64,000 bases of DNA from Phoronis australis. Lineage: Eukaryota; Animalia; Phoronida. The DNA lies in contig NMRA01000133.1 in NCBI GenBank assembly GCA_002633005.1, forward strand, positions 552,627 to 616,626, in the 5' to 3' direction. The notes below the pieces were generated by a model that did not search any database, had not been told where the DNA came from, and saw nothing but the letters and a program-made list of their open reading frames with translations. The position numbers and the translations under genes were made by a program. Below, one piece after another: positions 1 to 14,168 of this stretch (the first letter of the stretch is position 1; each line of letters starts with the position of its first letter).

Positions 1-2642
1 TCGAGATTAAGCAGGATTCCAAGTTCACGCATACGCGATCTTGAGATTACACCAGATTCCAAGTTCAAGCACAGCATGAACTGGATGTGTATAAGTCACG
101 TGACCCTCGTAGGCGTATTCGTGACGTTAGGGATACCCATCATGTTTTCTCCTGCAGGTATTTTCCTACAACGTGCACTTTGAGCCCAAAACATTCAAGC
201 ATTCAACCGCAATTAACTACCGGGGCGATCAGCCATGATTATGTGCCACATCGCATCGACCTGCAAACTAACTGCATTCTTTTTCATGAACACAAGTCTT
301 TCGACCGTGACGCAGTGTAATTTTGCCCACAGTCACGAAGCATTGCATTTTTTCACGAACCGAAACTCAGTATTTTCTTGTCTTACTTTTTGGCAAGCAC
401 TTGTCTGTGACAAAAAACGTGTTTAGTAAGAAAAGAACTAAATTTGTGAAAAAGCAGCGGCGTATGAGAGTTCATCGTACTAAACTTTCCGTCGTTAAAA
501 CGCAGTTGCCGGCGCCGGTTAACTGCGTTGATAACGTGACCCCGGCGGGGTCTATTCTCTTAACTCAGTAATTGGAGAGACTCCACGAAGGAAACCCAAT
601 CATGTCACATAATTCCAGTATATTACAAAAATCTCCCGTTTGATTTCAACTCCAGACTACACGGGGCTAAATCCAGATATCAATCTAGTCTATTGTCAAA
701 CATTCAATTACTTCTACCACGGTTCAATGAGTTACTAAGAGAACCGGAAATCAACGAAAAGATATCAATCTAGTCTATTGTCTAACATTCAATTACTCAT
801 TCTACCACGGTTCAATGAGTTACTAAAACAGGTAACAGAGAACCCGCGGAACTCATGCAATGAAGCTATTCTGAATAATTGCCATCATATTTCTTCCGGT
901 AATACCTCTACATTTGATTTTTACGAGGAATTTAATTAGATAAACTAAACAATTCGAAAAACCACCTGTTTTATATTATAGTCCACGGTATATCAATTTG
1001 ATTTTAGCCAGAACTTATGATTGTCGTGAAGTTATCGCTAATGCTGCACGGTTGTTCTACCCCTCACAAAAAGACCTTAGATCAGCGATCCTGATACTGA
1101 ACTGGCCTGATGACGACAGCGACTTTTCTACAAGTCTATCAAGCGCAAAGCGATGTGAATGGGGCAGAGTTTGTCATGCAAAATCTTAAGCTAACCCGAA
1201 GTGTGCCATGTCATAGGTCAGCTTTCGAAACGAGCTTAAAATACGATGATTAAACTGGGGCCCTGATAACCACCAACTTGTTTCACTAATACAACGTACA
1301 GGCCATTCCAAATCAACGCATGGCCATCCCGTTTGTATCCTTTCCTTGAATATGGTTGCAATGAATCACGTGGTATAGTACCCTGACGATCATGCTGCGA
1401 ACCTTGGCAAAGACTGTATACTGAACCCGCCCTGACAAGAAACTAATTTAGCCCCATGCAATGCCATACTTGAAAATTATCGTTCTGATTAATCATTTGG
1501 TCGAAACCCTTCGTTTTGTTTTGTTTTTAAAGTGATGCGGCAATACAGCGTTCCTAAATACATATGAGTCCAATGAAGTTAATTAAGCTTCAACGGGGAG
1601 TTACACCGTTTCTGTGACTCGATTAATTCAGAGTGTGAAATTTATTACATCGGCTTGACCTATTAGCGTAGCATGGTGCGGGGCTTTAGTGGGCCTGCAC
1701 AGACACAATAACGATCTGTTCGTACTTTTAAAGCCATGAAATTATTTCAAATCTGAATAATAAAGACAAGAGTTTCAACCAATCCTCGTTCTTTACACTG
1801 CCATATGCACCATTGGCACACCACTTGATCCGGACAAATGAAAGATTCATCTAAAAACACATATTCAGTGTGTTAAAGAAGGGATTGTATTATTCCTGAA
1901 GGGTATATAGTCTTTTTCTAATCTGTCATGTACCTCGCCTAATGTAAAGCGTGCGTTTAACAGGCACTCTAAGGAGTTTTCCAAATTTGCTCCAAACGTT
2001 TGAGGGTTGGCGACAGTGTTCGAGCTTCAGCAAATAAATGTGCTGAACCGTTAGCCAGATACTTATCCACTGACATAGTACCTATATGTGAAAGTTAACT
2101 GGCCCGGCCGGGCCGCAAATCCACTGGCCCCGGGCCAGCGTGCGTTTCGAACTGGTTGGCGATAGTTAAGAGCATTGTTTGCTGTCGGTGGAGAGCTGGA
2201 AGGAAAAGCTGATGCTTGGTATCCTTTTTAATGAACCGCATCATTTTTTAAAATCATTGTATTGAAAATAAACTATTTTATTTTTCAAATTATTGTGGTG
2301 CACCAGTAAAATTGTGTCTGAAGTGAATTAAAATTCACTTTAAATCGCAAGAGACGTAAATGCATTAAGGAATTGGTAATTTACGAAATGTTCATATTTT
2401 AAATTTTAAGATATCTACAAGTTTCGGCAGACGAATTACTTTTGTGTCAAATATGTTTGGTTTAGAAAGGAAAGAGTAGGCCTACATATAAAAAACCAAG
2501 CAATTTTGCTTGCTCGGCAATATGGCTGCCATGACACAATTTTTGTAAATATCTGGGCATGCAACGTGATATTTCAACCCAAATCAGAAAAAAAAATTCA
2601 TTAGTTGCATCTGGTTCATGGCTTGGTGGGCAGGCAGTATGG

Positions 2643-5600
2643 CCGAATAACCATAACTAACAGTTGTCACCCTCAGTGACCATGGCCGAGCTAAACCGTT
2701 CAGACCAGCCAGCAACTCAGGAACACTAGGACCTCGCTAAAAGGCAAAACTTCGCAAGATTACGCGACATAATTGCCGTGTACTTAAAATGTGGATAACG
2801 CGTGATTTTGGTTAGATTTTAGCGAGGTCCTGACGTTAACTCTACCTCACGCCGATATTCATTAAATCACAATGCTTGATAGTTTCTACCATGGACAATT
2901 CCGCATTGGACGGACATGAGCTTATGTTATGGCTCAACTTGACTTCCGCACTGAGGTCCTTGGACGCGAATGTATTTGTCGAGTAGGTCGTGGCTCCGAA
3001 AAGATTCGTGACGTCAGTAAATTCAGTAAGAAGGCCAAGAAGAGTCTCAACATGAAGGCTCCCAATGGAAATAATCAAATTTTGACTATCGTCGGAATTT
3101 TCCGAATCTTTCAAGTGAAACTTTTAGATTCTTCATGAATTATTCCCAACGTATTGTTTTTAAAATGACATACTCATTTGCAAGATGGGCTATAGAGACT
3201 TCTATGATTTTCGTGAAAAAAATCCAAACTTACACAAAACGAAAACGGAATGGTTACTTAGAAAAATGTACCGTTTTTGAGAGTTCTTCTTGAACACTGA
3301 TCTTCTAGTCTTGTAGGGACTTGACTGAATGCACAAAATATGTCGACGAAGTCCTGTAGCCTACTACATGAGTCCAATGACGGGGCCAACTTCGGGAACA
3401 CTGTATTTCGGAGATGGCTCATCGGGTTCTTATGGAAGTTTCAGATACTGTGCATACAACGCCGTTAGGAATTGTATTCAAAATGTTTCATTTTTGTACG
3501 AGTTCGGGCTGTAAGAAATTAGACTTCTATGATTTTTCCGAAACAAGCCCAGAAGTTGCATATAAGAAAACGAACTGATGATTAAGAAAATTGTAACATT
3601 TTTTTGACATTACACGGTGAACATTAACATTAAACAAAATTTGGTCATGTTGTCGATGGCGTGGTTTTTACGGTCACGTGACTCAATTAACGGATAAAAA
3701 AGTCAAAAATCAAATTCTACAAACTTTCTTGCCTAGTTTCGCACAGGCACACACAATTAAACTCCCCTGAACTAAGATGCAACACTTTGTGCAACTAGTA
3801 CACGTCACATTTCATATTGTATAAGTATCCAAGTACTGGGCGTCGAACTTGTCGACCTGAAGGGGTGGTCATTGGGGTAGGTCATGAGGTGAATGACTGG
3901 TATGCACTTGGGTTGATTCAGTTTCGTGTTCACCGTCTTATATAGTCACATTGCTCAGGATCACGTCGAAATGCACGAGAGAATTATGCTGGGAACAGGA
4001 CAACACCAATCACCACAGCTGGAGATTGTAAGCGTGCAACTAGTCCTAATGTAAGGACTGAAATTACCCAGCATGCCAGGCTCACAGGCTAGTGTGGTAG
4101 ATCATCTTAGTTAAGGTCTCCGTCTGGAAGGTCGGATGAAAGTAGACAATATCGCTGACAATTGTAACATCTTCAATAGGCAGACGGCTTTCACCAAACT
4201 GTCACGAACACTACATCATCCAAANNNNNNNNNNNNNNNNNNNNNNNNNNNNNNNNNNNNNNNNNNNNNNNNNNNNNNNNNNNNNNNNNNNNNNNNNNNN
4301 NNNNNNNNNNNNNNNNNNNNNNNNNNNNNNNNNNNNNNNNNNNNNNNNNNNNNNNNNNNNNNNNNNNNNNNNNNNNNNNNNNNNNNNNNNNNNNNNNNNN
4401 NNNNNNNNNNNNNNNNNNNNNNNNNNNNNNNNNNNNNNNNNNNNNNNNNNNNNNCCGAATAACCATAACTAACAGTTGTCACCCTCAGTGACCATGGCCG
4501 AGCTAAACCGTTCAGACCAGCCAGCAATTCAGGAACACTAGGACCTCGCTAAAAGGCAAAACTTCGCAAGATTACGCGACATAATTGCCGTGTACTTAAA
4601 ATTGGATAACGCGTGATTTTGGTTAGATTTTAGCGAGGTCCTGACGTTAACTCTACCTCACGCCGATATTCATTAAATCACAATGCTTGATAGTTTCTAC
4701 CATGGACAATTCCGCATTGGACGGACACGAGCTTATGTTATGGCTCAACTTTACTTCCGCACTGAGGTCCATGGACGCGAATGTATTTGTCGAGGAGGCC
4801 GTGGCTCCGAAAAGATTTGTGATGTCAGTAAATTCAGAAAGAAGGCCAAGGAGAGTCTCACCATGAAGGCTCCCAATGGAAATAATCAAATTTTGGCTAT
4901 CGTCGGAATTTTCAGGATCTTTCAAGTGAAACTTTTAGATTCTTCATGAATTATTCCCAACGTATTGTTTTTAAAATGACATACTTTTGCAAGATGGGCT
5001 ATAGAGACTTCTATAATTTTCGTGAAAAAAATCCAAAATTAAACAAAACGAAAACGGAATGGTTTCTTAGAAAAATGTACCATTTTTGAGAGTTCTTCTT
5101 GAACACTGATCTACTAGTCTTGTAGGGACTTGACTCAGCACAGAATTGTCGACGAAGTCCTGTAGCCTACACGAGGCCAACTTCGGGAACACTGTATTTC
5201 GGAGATGGCTCATCGGGTACTTATGAAAGTTTCAGATACTGTACATACAACGCCGTTAGGAATTGTATTCAAAATGTTTCATTTTTGTACGAGTTAGGGC
5301 TATAAAAAATTAGACTTCTATGATTTTTCCGAAACAAACTCAGAAGTTGCTTTTAGAAAACGAACTGATTAAGAAAATTGTAACATTTTTTTGACATTAC
5401 ACGGTGAACATTAACATTAAACAAAATTTGGTCATGTTGTCGATGGCGTCATGGTTTTTACGGTCACGTGACTCAATTAACGGATAAAAAAGTCAAAAAT
5501 CAAATTCTACAAACTTTCTTGCCTAGTTTCGCACTGGCACACACATCTGAACTCCCCTGAACTAAGATGCAACAGTTTGTGCAACTAGTTAGTACACGTC

Positions 5601-6002
5601 ACATTTCATATTGTATAAGTATCCAAATACTGGGCGTCGAACTTGTCGACCCGAGTGAAGGGGTGGTCATTGGCGGGGGTAGGTCATTAGGTGAATGACT
5701 GGTATGCACTTGGGTTGATTCAGTTTCGTGTTCACCGTCTTATATAGTCACATTGCTCAGGATCACGTCGAAATGCACGAGAGAATTATGCTGGGAACAG
5801 GACAACACCAATCACCACAGCTGTGGAGATAGTAAGCGTCCAACTAGTCCTAATGAAAGGGATGAAATTACCCAGCATGCCACGCTCACAGGCTAGTGTG
5901 GCAGATCATCTTAGTTAAGGTCTCCGTCTGGAAGGTCGGATGAAAGTAGACAATATGGCTGACAATTGTAACATCTTCAATAGGCAGACGGCTTTCACCA
6001 AA
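2643..6002. repeat. Near-identical ~1.55 kb direct duplication (2643-4198 and 4455-6002) around an N-gap
   Basis: Colinear copies with scattered SNPs and small indels; the second copy begins exactly at the gap edge. Confidence 0.9.
2728..2831. mobile_element. Short MITE with 15-bp TIR AGGACCTCGCTAAAA (copy at 4540-4642; diverged relatives near 60490-60545, 60765-60826, 63228-63332)
   Basis: Perfect inverted ends aggacctcgctaaaa / ttttagcgaggtcct; the internal cttcgcaagattacgcga motif recurs in the relatives. Confidence 0.65.
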
Positions 6003-6808
6003 TTCACTGGAAGGGGAGAGAGGACATTAAGTTCGAGGCTGCACNAAAGTGGCAATTTTTGAATGACTAAAATATCTGAATGCTCCATTATTACAACGCC
6101 CAGTACAGCCTAGATGGCATGAAAAAACTGTGAAGTCGAAATTCGCCAGTGAGGAGACCTACTTTGACTACCCTAACTTCATCACTAAATCAAGGACAAT
6201 ATTAAGATAAAATTTTCTGGGCCAAAGCAATTCCTTGGTCACTAATGAAATGCCACTCAGTCAACCCTTCCAAAAAGTGACATCGACAGGTCTAAGGATG
6301 GAAACATTTTCTGGAGTCCAGCTTAGTCCAGTGTTAACCTCGGTCAATCTTAACTAAAATAAGAATATTTCAGATAAGTTATACTAACTTGTAGTTTGTC
6401 ACAGATTGCTTTTTGGAGATTCACAGCAATTTTCCCTTTCTACCAGAGCAAAACAATACAGTAGCCACTCGATATGTGTCGTCTACAGATGTATTCCACC
6501 TTATCACCCAAGGTGAAAATACCAGGAACCCCCCAGGCAGAGTTTAATACATGAACAATTTCATAATATTCTGGTGCCCAACAGAAGATAGGTGGAATCA
6601 ACCCTTTAGTCTTGCTACGACATAGACAAGACAACATTGACCCATTCAATCATATTTTGACTACAACTTTAGATGACACTACTTAATGTGTGGGTCACTT
6701 ACGCAACCCATGATAATTTACACAAAATATAACGGACACAGTTTATTCTAGAAGACATTGAAAAAATTCTCATACATAAGATTATGAACCAAACAAATAC
6801 ACAGACTG

Positions 6809-6814
6809 TTTATT
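6809..6814 (-). promoter_or_regulatory. Candidate SAP130 polyadenylation signal AATAAA
   Basis: AATAAA on the minus strand about 740 nt after the stop, followed by a GT/T-rich tract (gtctgtgtatttgtttggtt). Confidence 0.45.
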
Positions 6815-7554
6815 TACAAGCATAACCTACATCAAACTGAATCTAACTAGAATTTACTTTACTTACTGTTCATTAAACAAACATTCAACATTAGAAATGG
6901 TCCTTTAAAAATTTTCAAGGGCGAATGCCACTTATAGTTTCATTCAAGAACTTCACATAGGATGTACTTAAGAAGTATGGATAACTTTAAAAAAGTTGAT
7001 AACTACTATTAAAGACTATTTTATAACTGTAACACACAACATCCTAAGTTTACACTGCGAATGCTGAGAAAAGACATTAAAAATAGCTACAGCACAATAC
7101 AACTCGGTTTAGTCTAACAAATGGTATTGATGGTACCTAATTTCTAACGTCTTTCACCACAGAGCCACATGACTTGTTTAAATTCACTAGACTAACTCTA
7201 CACGTGGACACATCTCATTTTGGCAGATTTCTTTCACAACAACCAACACTATCATTAATTCATGGTATGCGCCAGTCATACATTGGGAACCCCACTGGAA
7301 GAAAAGCTACCAGCTAATGGCAAGTCCAGAGAAACACGACGGCTCGGACATGCTACATGATGGGATTGCGGCACAAATCAGGGACAATTTGAGTGAAAGC
7401 CAATTTTGACTCAGGAAGTTATGTATAGGATGGTGTAAAATTGCGGAGTTTTACAAGTGCCAGGCTTTGTGCTCTCCTTGTAGGAAGGAAGGGTAAAAGC
7501 TTGTTTAATGCACATCATAAAACATGAATTTGCCACGCATACATGCACAATGTG

Positions 7555-7704
7555 TTATGTCCTTTCCTTTTTCTTCACTTGCCGTTTACTATGGTGTTTG
7601 CTGATTATTTCCTGGATCCTTGCCTTATGATCCAGGATCTTAAGAAGGGAGTTCCTGGCTTCGTCCACCTGATCGATCACTAACTTCAGCCTCTGTTTAT
7701 TCGC
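7555..7704 (-). CDS. SAP130: SAP130 last coding exon (ANKQRLKLVIDQVDEARNSLLKILDHKARIQEIISKHHSKRQVKKKERT*)
   Basis: ttcag acceptor at 7707-7705, 150 nt, TAA at 7557-7555; matches the SAP130 C-terminus. Confidence 0.9.
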   Translation of the reverse strand, partial: ANKQRLKLVIDQVDEARNSLLKILDHKARIQEIISKHHSKRQVKKKERT

Positions 7705-10700
7705 CTGAAATACATGAACGCATTACTACAATGTTGAAGGTTTTTCACGAATGAAGTGTGCTACACTGCCACTAAAACAGGTTTATCACTGGAAAAGTGT
7801 CAAAATTCCATACTACCCGAGTTGGACTATACCTAAGAAAACATGATTGAATTTATGCCATTACGATTTGTAAACCAATAATTTCTTGTAAAAAGTTGTG
7901 ATGTGGCCAACAGGTGGCGTGCAGACCACAAGCAGAAATCACATCGTGTATGATTTAAGCTCGAGGAAATTTCTTAGCTGCAGCACGCACATAGAATTTG
8001 AGTTTTAGTTTGAAATGTTTTGAGGACAAAATCACGCAATGCTGTCTAGGATTATACACCTGTACTCAAGCATCTACACATATTTGTAGTAACTAAGAAA
8101 GAAAAAAGAGTGAAATACCAATAGGACAAGTCGGTACCAGTTTCCTTATTGGTCCTTGGCAAATTAGGCAACATGAAATATCCTCAAGAACTTATATCTT
8201 CATCGATTTAAACTGGTTTTGATGTGGTGCAAGACATACAAGACTATAATGATGTGTTGCTAGACACATGAGAGTATAATGATGTGGTGCTAGACACGAG
8301 ACTATAATGATGTGTTGCAAGACACATGAGACTATAATGATGTGGTGCTAGACACGAGACTATAATGATGTGGTGCCAGACACATGAGACTATAATGATG
8401 TGTTGCAAGGCACATGAGACTATAATGATGTGGTGCAAGACACATGAGACTATAATGATGTGTTGCAAGACACATGAGACTGTAATGATGTGTTGCAAGA
8501 CACATGAGATTATAATGATGAGTTGCAAGACACATGAGATTATAATGATGTGTTGCTAGACACATGAGACTATAATGATGAGTTGCAAGACACATGAGAT
8601 TATAATGTGTTGCTAGACACATGAGACTATAATGATGTGGTGCAAGACGCATGAGACAGGGCTTGGAATGACCAATGACAAAAAACGCGGAAACTTTGAA
8701 ACTTTTACGGCCCAAATCATGCCCGATAACCGGCCTTGAAATGGTTGATGTGAACCTTTCCCCGACAAAAATCGGGAGGACTAAAAAAAAAAAGAAAAAA
8801 AACACGTTACCACCATCAGTAGCATGCGTCTGCGTCCTTTTAACTCGCCCGTCCACTCCCAACCCACACATTTTTGGCTGCAGAGCGGTAGTATTTGTCG
8901 CCGCGCTTAACAATAACACGAGACGCCATTGAAAATCCAACCACGCTGTCCCAGATGCCCCAGCAATGTTGACAATTTACGTTCCTCCGAAACATAAAGA
9001 GCAACTTCCGCTTTTCGAGATGAACGTCGTCTGCAACGCCGCGGTAAGAAAGGAATTTGCCGCGGAAATTTTATATCAAATCCGATTTTTTTACGCGGAA
9101 ATATTATAAAAAAAGCGGAAAGCATATTTGAAAAAAGCGGAAATCCGCGTTTCCGCGGAAAATTCCAAGCCCTGATGAGACTATAAAGTTGGGTGAAAGT
9201 TACAAAGTAGTTAGTTAAAATACTGTATGAAAATATTGATATTGTACCAAGTCAATAATTAAGTGTTGATGTACACTCCTATTGGTGACCTGGGGAACTT
9301 GAAAAAACACTTTAAAAACTAATATGCCACCCTTAATCAGTGTGATGTTAAGAACATCATTTACAACAACGTAAAAGTTAAATATTCTAGTAATGATACA
9401 CTGCTTACAATCAGGATAGTAATCATTAGAGTACATCCAGCAGTTCTATTCAGTCACGACAAGCAATAATTGTAAATAAGATTTCCAATGGGGCACGGAG
9501 GTTAAATAGTGAAATATATATGGGCCAGTATCTCACCTGCATCAGTTCATGGATTCTCTCCCCATATTCAGTGTGTCGAGGGAGCTGTCCTTCCACCTCC
9601 AGCTGAAGGTGAGTCATCTCATGTAGGCTCTCCTTCTCAACAATTTTCTGAAACATGCAAACACTGGTGATATCGGTCATGATCGACAAGTCTTGAGCGT
9701 CGAAGTTTTACTGTCGGTGAGTTAATGAATCAAAGTTAGTCCCAATTTTCAAATCAACAAGTAACTGTAGAGACCAATACAAAGATATCCAGTCTTATAA
9801 GCGTGAGAGCAGACATCACGGAGTGTCATAATAATAAGGTCCCAGAGTCTCATCTTTTTATTTGAAATCGAACTTGAAATTATTTGTGGCATATTCTTTC
9901 TAATCTATTTTTGTGAGAACTCAAGTTTCGTGTCAGTTATTCTACACTCCAATGCAGAATGTTTTTTGCATATGAGTTTCTAGTCTAAGTTTGCATTTGA
10001 TGATCCCTAGATTCAAGCTACAAACTTTAGATTTCGAGTAAAAACTCGAAACGTCGAGTTCAAACTTGAACTTTTAGCCTAAATGCTGTCACCAGGTGCA
10101 AAATATGACATCATGTATTCAAGCATAGAATTACAAACACTTATCTTGATGTCACACAAAAGTAGAGTGGAAAATGCCAAAAACGTTTTGAGTTCGATTT
10201 TGAGTAAAAAGGTTAGGCCCCAGGCCAAGGCGGTATACATCACAGTGCCTATCAGTCACACAATATTTGCCTTCATCAGTAACCTACCACTTCGTCTAAC
10301 TGGGTTGCTAGATGATACAATTTCCACCCACTGATCTTCTGCTGTATGCCTTTCTGATTAGACAGCTCGTTCACAGTAGGTCTCCGCTCTTCTGTAGAGA
10401 CAAACATTCACTCATTGATTGCAATACACAACAGTGTTAGTAACAGCAGTGCATGCTTAGTATATCGTGGTTTGGAGTCAATGCAGTCTTTTTACCATGG
10501 TATGCTAATTTTTAATGTAGGTATTATTACATTCTCGTCAAGTTCATTGAAATGAGTAATCGTAAGGAGCAGGGCTTGGAATGACCCATGACAAAAAAGA
10601 GGAAATTTTTACGGCCCTAAATACACATTTCAATCGAAACCATACCTCAGCAGATCGAAAGTTAACATTATTATCACAAGAAGTCCTTTTACGGTGTCGT

Positions 10701-13700
10701 GTTGGCAATATGCACTCGTCTTAAGCAGTACCTGACATCTATTTCAGCAACAACAATGAAGGCAATAACATGCAACAAAAGATAGTTTTTAAAATTAAAA
10801 TAATAAAGATAATGATGAAAAATTTGCAGTGTGAGTGGCAGGAGCTTATTCTTGATTTGCTGCAGGGAGATCTCAAACATTTTTATTTTCAATTCTTATA
10901 GTTACGATACAAAATTACAAAAAGAATTTGAAAATCGATCCAAAGATTATCTGGAAAGCCTGATATACATACACATTTAATTGCAACAAAACATTTAATT
11001 CCAACGTAAATGGAAAAAACTCAAGACAAAAACCTTTGGCTCATACCCCACCTGTTAGCATGGAAAAATGAAAGTCAAAAACAACATACTTTAAGCTATA
11101 GAATACATCAATCACAATCCTATGTTAGCCAAACTTTTCAGTTTCAAACAGTAATTACAGGAGTTAATTGTTCACAAGCCACGCTGGCGAAGAAGAAACT
11201 ATGTAACATAAGAAATAACTACAAGGACTCTGAAAATAGGCTGGCAGAATTTGTAAACAATGGCTTAGACCAATCACATCATTCAAAATCTGTCACGTGA
11301 TCCCTTCTCTCTTGAACTGCAAAACTCGAGTCACAAAATAGAACATGAAAAATGTCAAAATAAATTGAATTACATAAACGGCAATTTAAAGACATTTGCA
11401 GTAACAAAAATAGCACTTTGTATCCTGTTTCGGCAGCACGTAGAAAATCGCACTTAGGCGGTCAGGCTTAGCACTAGCAGCCAACGGGTGTGCACGTGGG
11501 ATCAAAAAAAAGAATTTCCGTGATACATCACTCACATCCCACGATTTCAACCCAATGAATAACCGGTTATGGTTGAATTTCCTTTCTGAAAGCGTTGTAA
11601 GTTATTTCTAGTGTTTCATCATTTTCAGTCAGTCCTCCGATTCCAACCTAGTCCAAGGCGGCTTAGAATCGCACTCCGTAATTGCTCCTCTCTCAAAGTT
11701 TACAGAGTGCAAACCTTGACTTACGTTGTTTGTGAAGACATTGTCCGATTCTTTTATCCACTTTTTCCATGAAATATTCTGTCTACTTCATGCTCCATGC
11801 ATTTTTGACCACAGAATCGCACTATTTGTCACGGTAATTTTATACCACATGCAGACGCTATTGATGAACCACTTGAATTTATTTTTCCTCGATAGCCACT
11901 GACGTCACTCATTACTAAGAAAACAGGTTTCTTATACACATATATGGTTATGAGTCATCAGGAAATTCGAGCGCCTGTGATCCTAGGTGCACTACGCTTT
12001 CTGGTGCACCGGCAACTACAATTTTCATTCCCGCGAAACACAAAGAGAAGTTTCCGCTTTTCGAGTCGTCGGCAACGCTGTTGTAATTTTATGGCAAATT
12101 CGATTTTCCACGGAAATATAACAAATATACGCGGAGGGAATAAAAGAAAAAAGCGGAAATACGCATTTCCGCAGAAAATTTGAAGCCTTGAAGGAGTTTC
12201 ATTTATTTTGTTTCTGTATTCAGTAGCTGAATTAGTCAAACAGAGAGTCAAGTAATCACTCATGCATTTTTGTGTAACACTAATAAACCTACTGAAATTT
12301 TGCAACTGTATAAGTGCCCAATATTGCATTAATTGCATAAGGTCTGAAAATGAGAACCCAACACCAATGTAGAAAACATCATGCCGAGTTTCACCTGCAT
12401 AAAAACATATCAGTGAAACAGGAAAACCAGGAAAGTTTCCTTAATTCGGGAACCTCCTCCAGGACCGATTTTCAACAAATTAAATCAATGGCTCATGTAT
12501 AATTTCTTTGAAACGTACAAGCTAAAAATCACATTCTGACAATTTCACACACACCCTCAGTATTTACTTCTGCACCTACTTTGCTGAAATTCATGAAAGA
12601 CAGTGATAGGCCAACTCTTAACAATTAGAGAACCAAACCAAGCCTATAACGGACTCTTACCTTTAGGCTTGACATCACTGTACCGAAGAAAGTGATTATT
12701 CCTCGCCTTCCAGTGAATGTTAAAGCTGTTCAGTAGAGCGGAACTATTGCGCCTCCTCATGGCCACCCAGTGAATCCCTTCCTCGTCCACGTAATCTGCT
12801 GATGACATCAACGGACACTTGATAAAATGATGTGAATATAGCAACTACTAACGTTTACATATTAGGTGTTTACATGTGAAGCTATGCCTGTATTGGGAAT
12901 TTGGCCCATGCACTTACATGTCAAGCGTTTTCTTAGAGGAGGCAGTGTGGCCTAGAGTGATAGGTGCCCGCTTTATGGATTTTATATACGTTTTTGAAAC
13001 AGCCAGTCATCATGTCACTTTCGATTTTTAAAAGTTGCAATGTCTCTATTCATTAACATCCACACATTACCTTGACTTACAATTAAATAAAAGTAGACCC
13101 TATACTATCCAGTAAAACAGTGAATTGCTGTTGGAATTTTTCTATGCTCTGGACATTTATCTCTTTTAGTTAGACAAAAGGGTCAAAACTAAAATTCACT
13201 CTAAAAATTCTTAGCCTGAAAATGTATACCTCTCTCCATAGTTTAGACTTGAGGATAACCAGATATCAGTGTGCATACCTTGTTTTTCTTCAGTCTTTAC
13301 AGGCTCTTCCTCTTTGATATTCAATTTACCCCCTCTCCCTGCTTCGTCATCCGATGAAGAGTTGTGGTCTTTAAGTTCTTCCGACACATGCCTAGAACAC
13401 ACATACAGACAACCAGTTTTACCCAGTTCACATTTATGGCATGCATTGCAAATGCTTACACGGGACAAACAACTTGTGCTGCCACCTGACTGTAGATGCG
13501 GGAATTATACTTCTCTGTAAGTGCCACACGGGAATACTTCAGCCATTTCTCCTCTAGAGGGCAGTAAAAGTACATGAGTTGCTAAGGAATCCTGAAAGTC
13601 TCCAATAAATTTGAGTATGCCTTCATACCGCTGAAAAACCTTTAAAAAGTAGATGCTACAACTGTCAGGGCTACACACACACACCACAATCAGCTAAACG

Positions 13701-14095
13701 GCACAGAAAAATATTGAAACAACCTGCACAACATTTGAAATGCATATTGCAGGTAAACTTGACAGTTCTTCAACAAGACAGACAATAATGTTCAAAGCAT
13801 CGAGCAGCAAGGGTGATTTTGCTCAGAGAATACCAGTTTAGTTTTCATGAAGCTCTCTGCACTCCATGTCAATATTAAACAAGAGCCAATCCAACACAAA
13901 GATCACTGACACCATCCTGTTTCTCCAACAAGTATTCCTCTAATTTACTTCCTCGTATTTGCTCCACTGCCCAGCACCCCCTCTGCATACTTACAGTAAC
14001 TGCTTTCGAGGTTTCTTCCGTGGCGATGACTCAGGCACACTGTGTTGACTACTTGGCATGTTATTCATAGTGCCTGCAATAACAGCAAGGCTGCT

Positions 14096-14168
<73 letters not shown>

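Noticed and set aside
2842-4949. Paired 69-90 aa ORFs suggesting a duplicated gene
   Set aside because: They arise from the duplicated repeat-rich segment and show no recognisable motif or splice structure.
8244-8940. Repetitive His/Cys/Met-rich ORFs (up to 202 aa)
   Set aside because: Translations of the 30-bp minisatellite and the adjacent hAT-like element inside a SAP130 intron.
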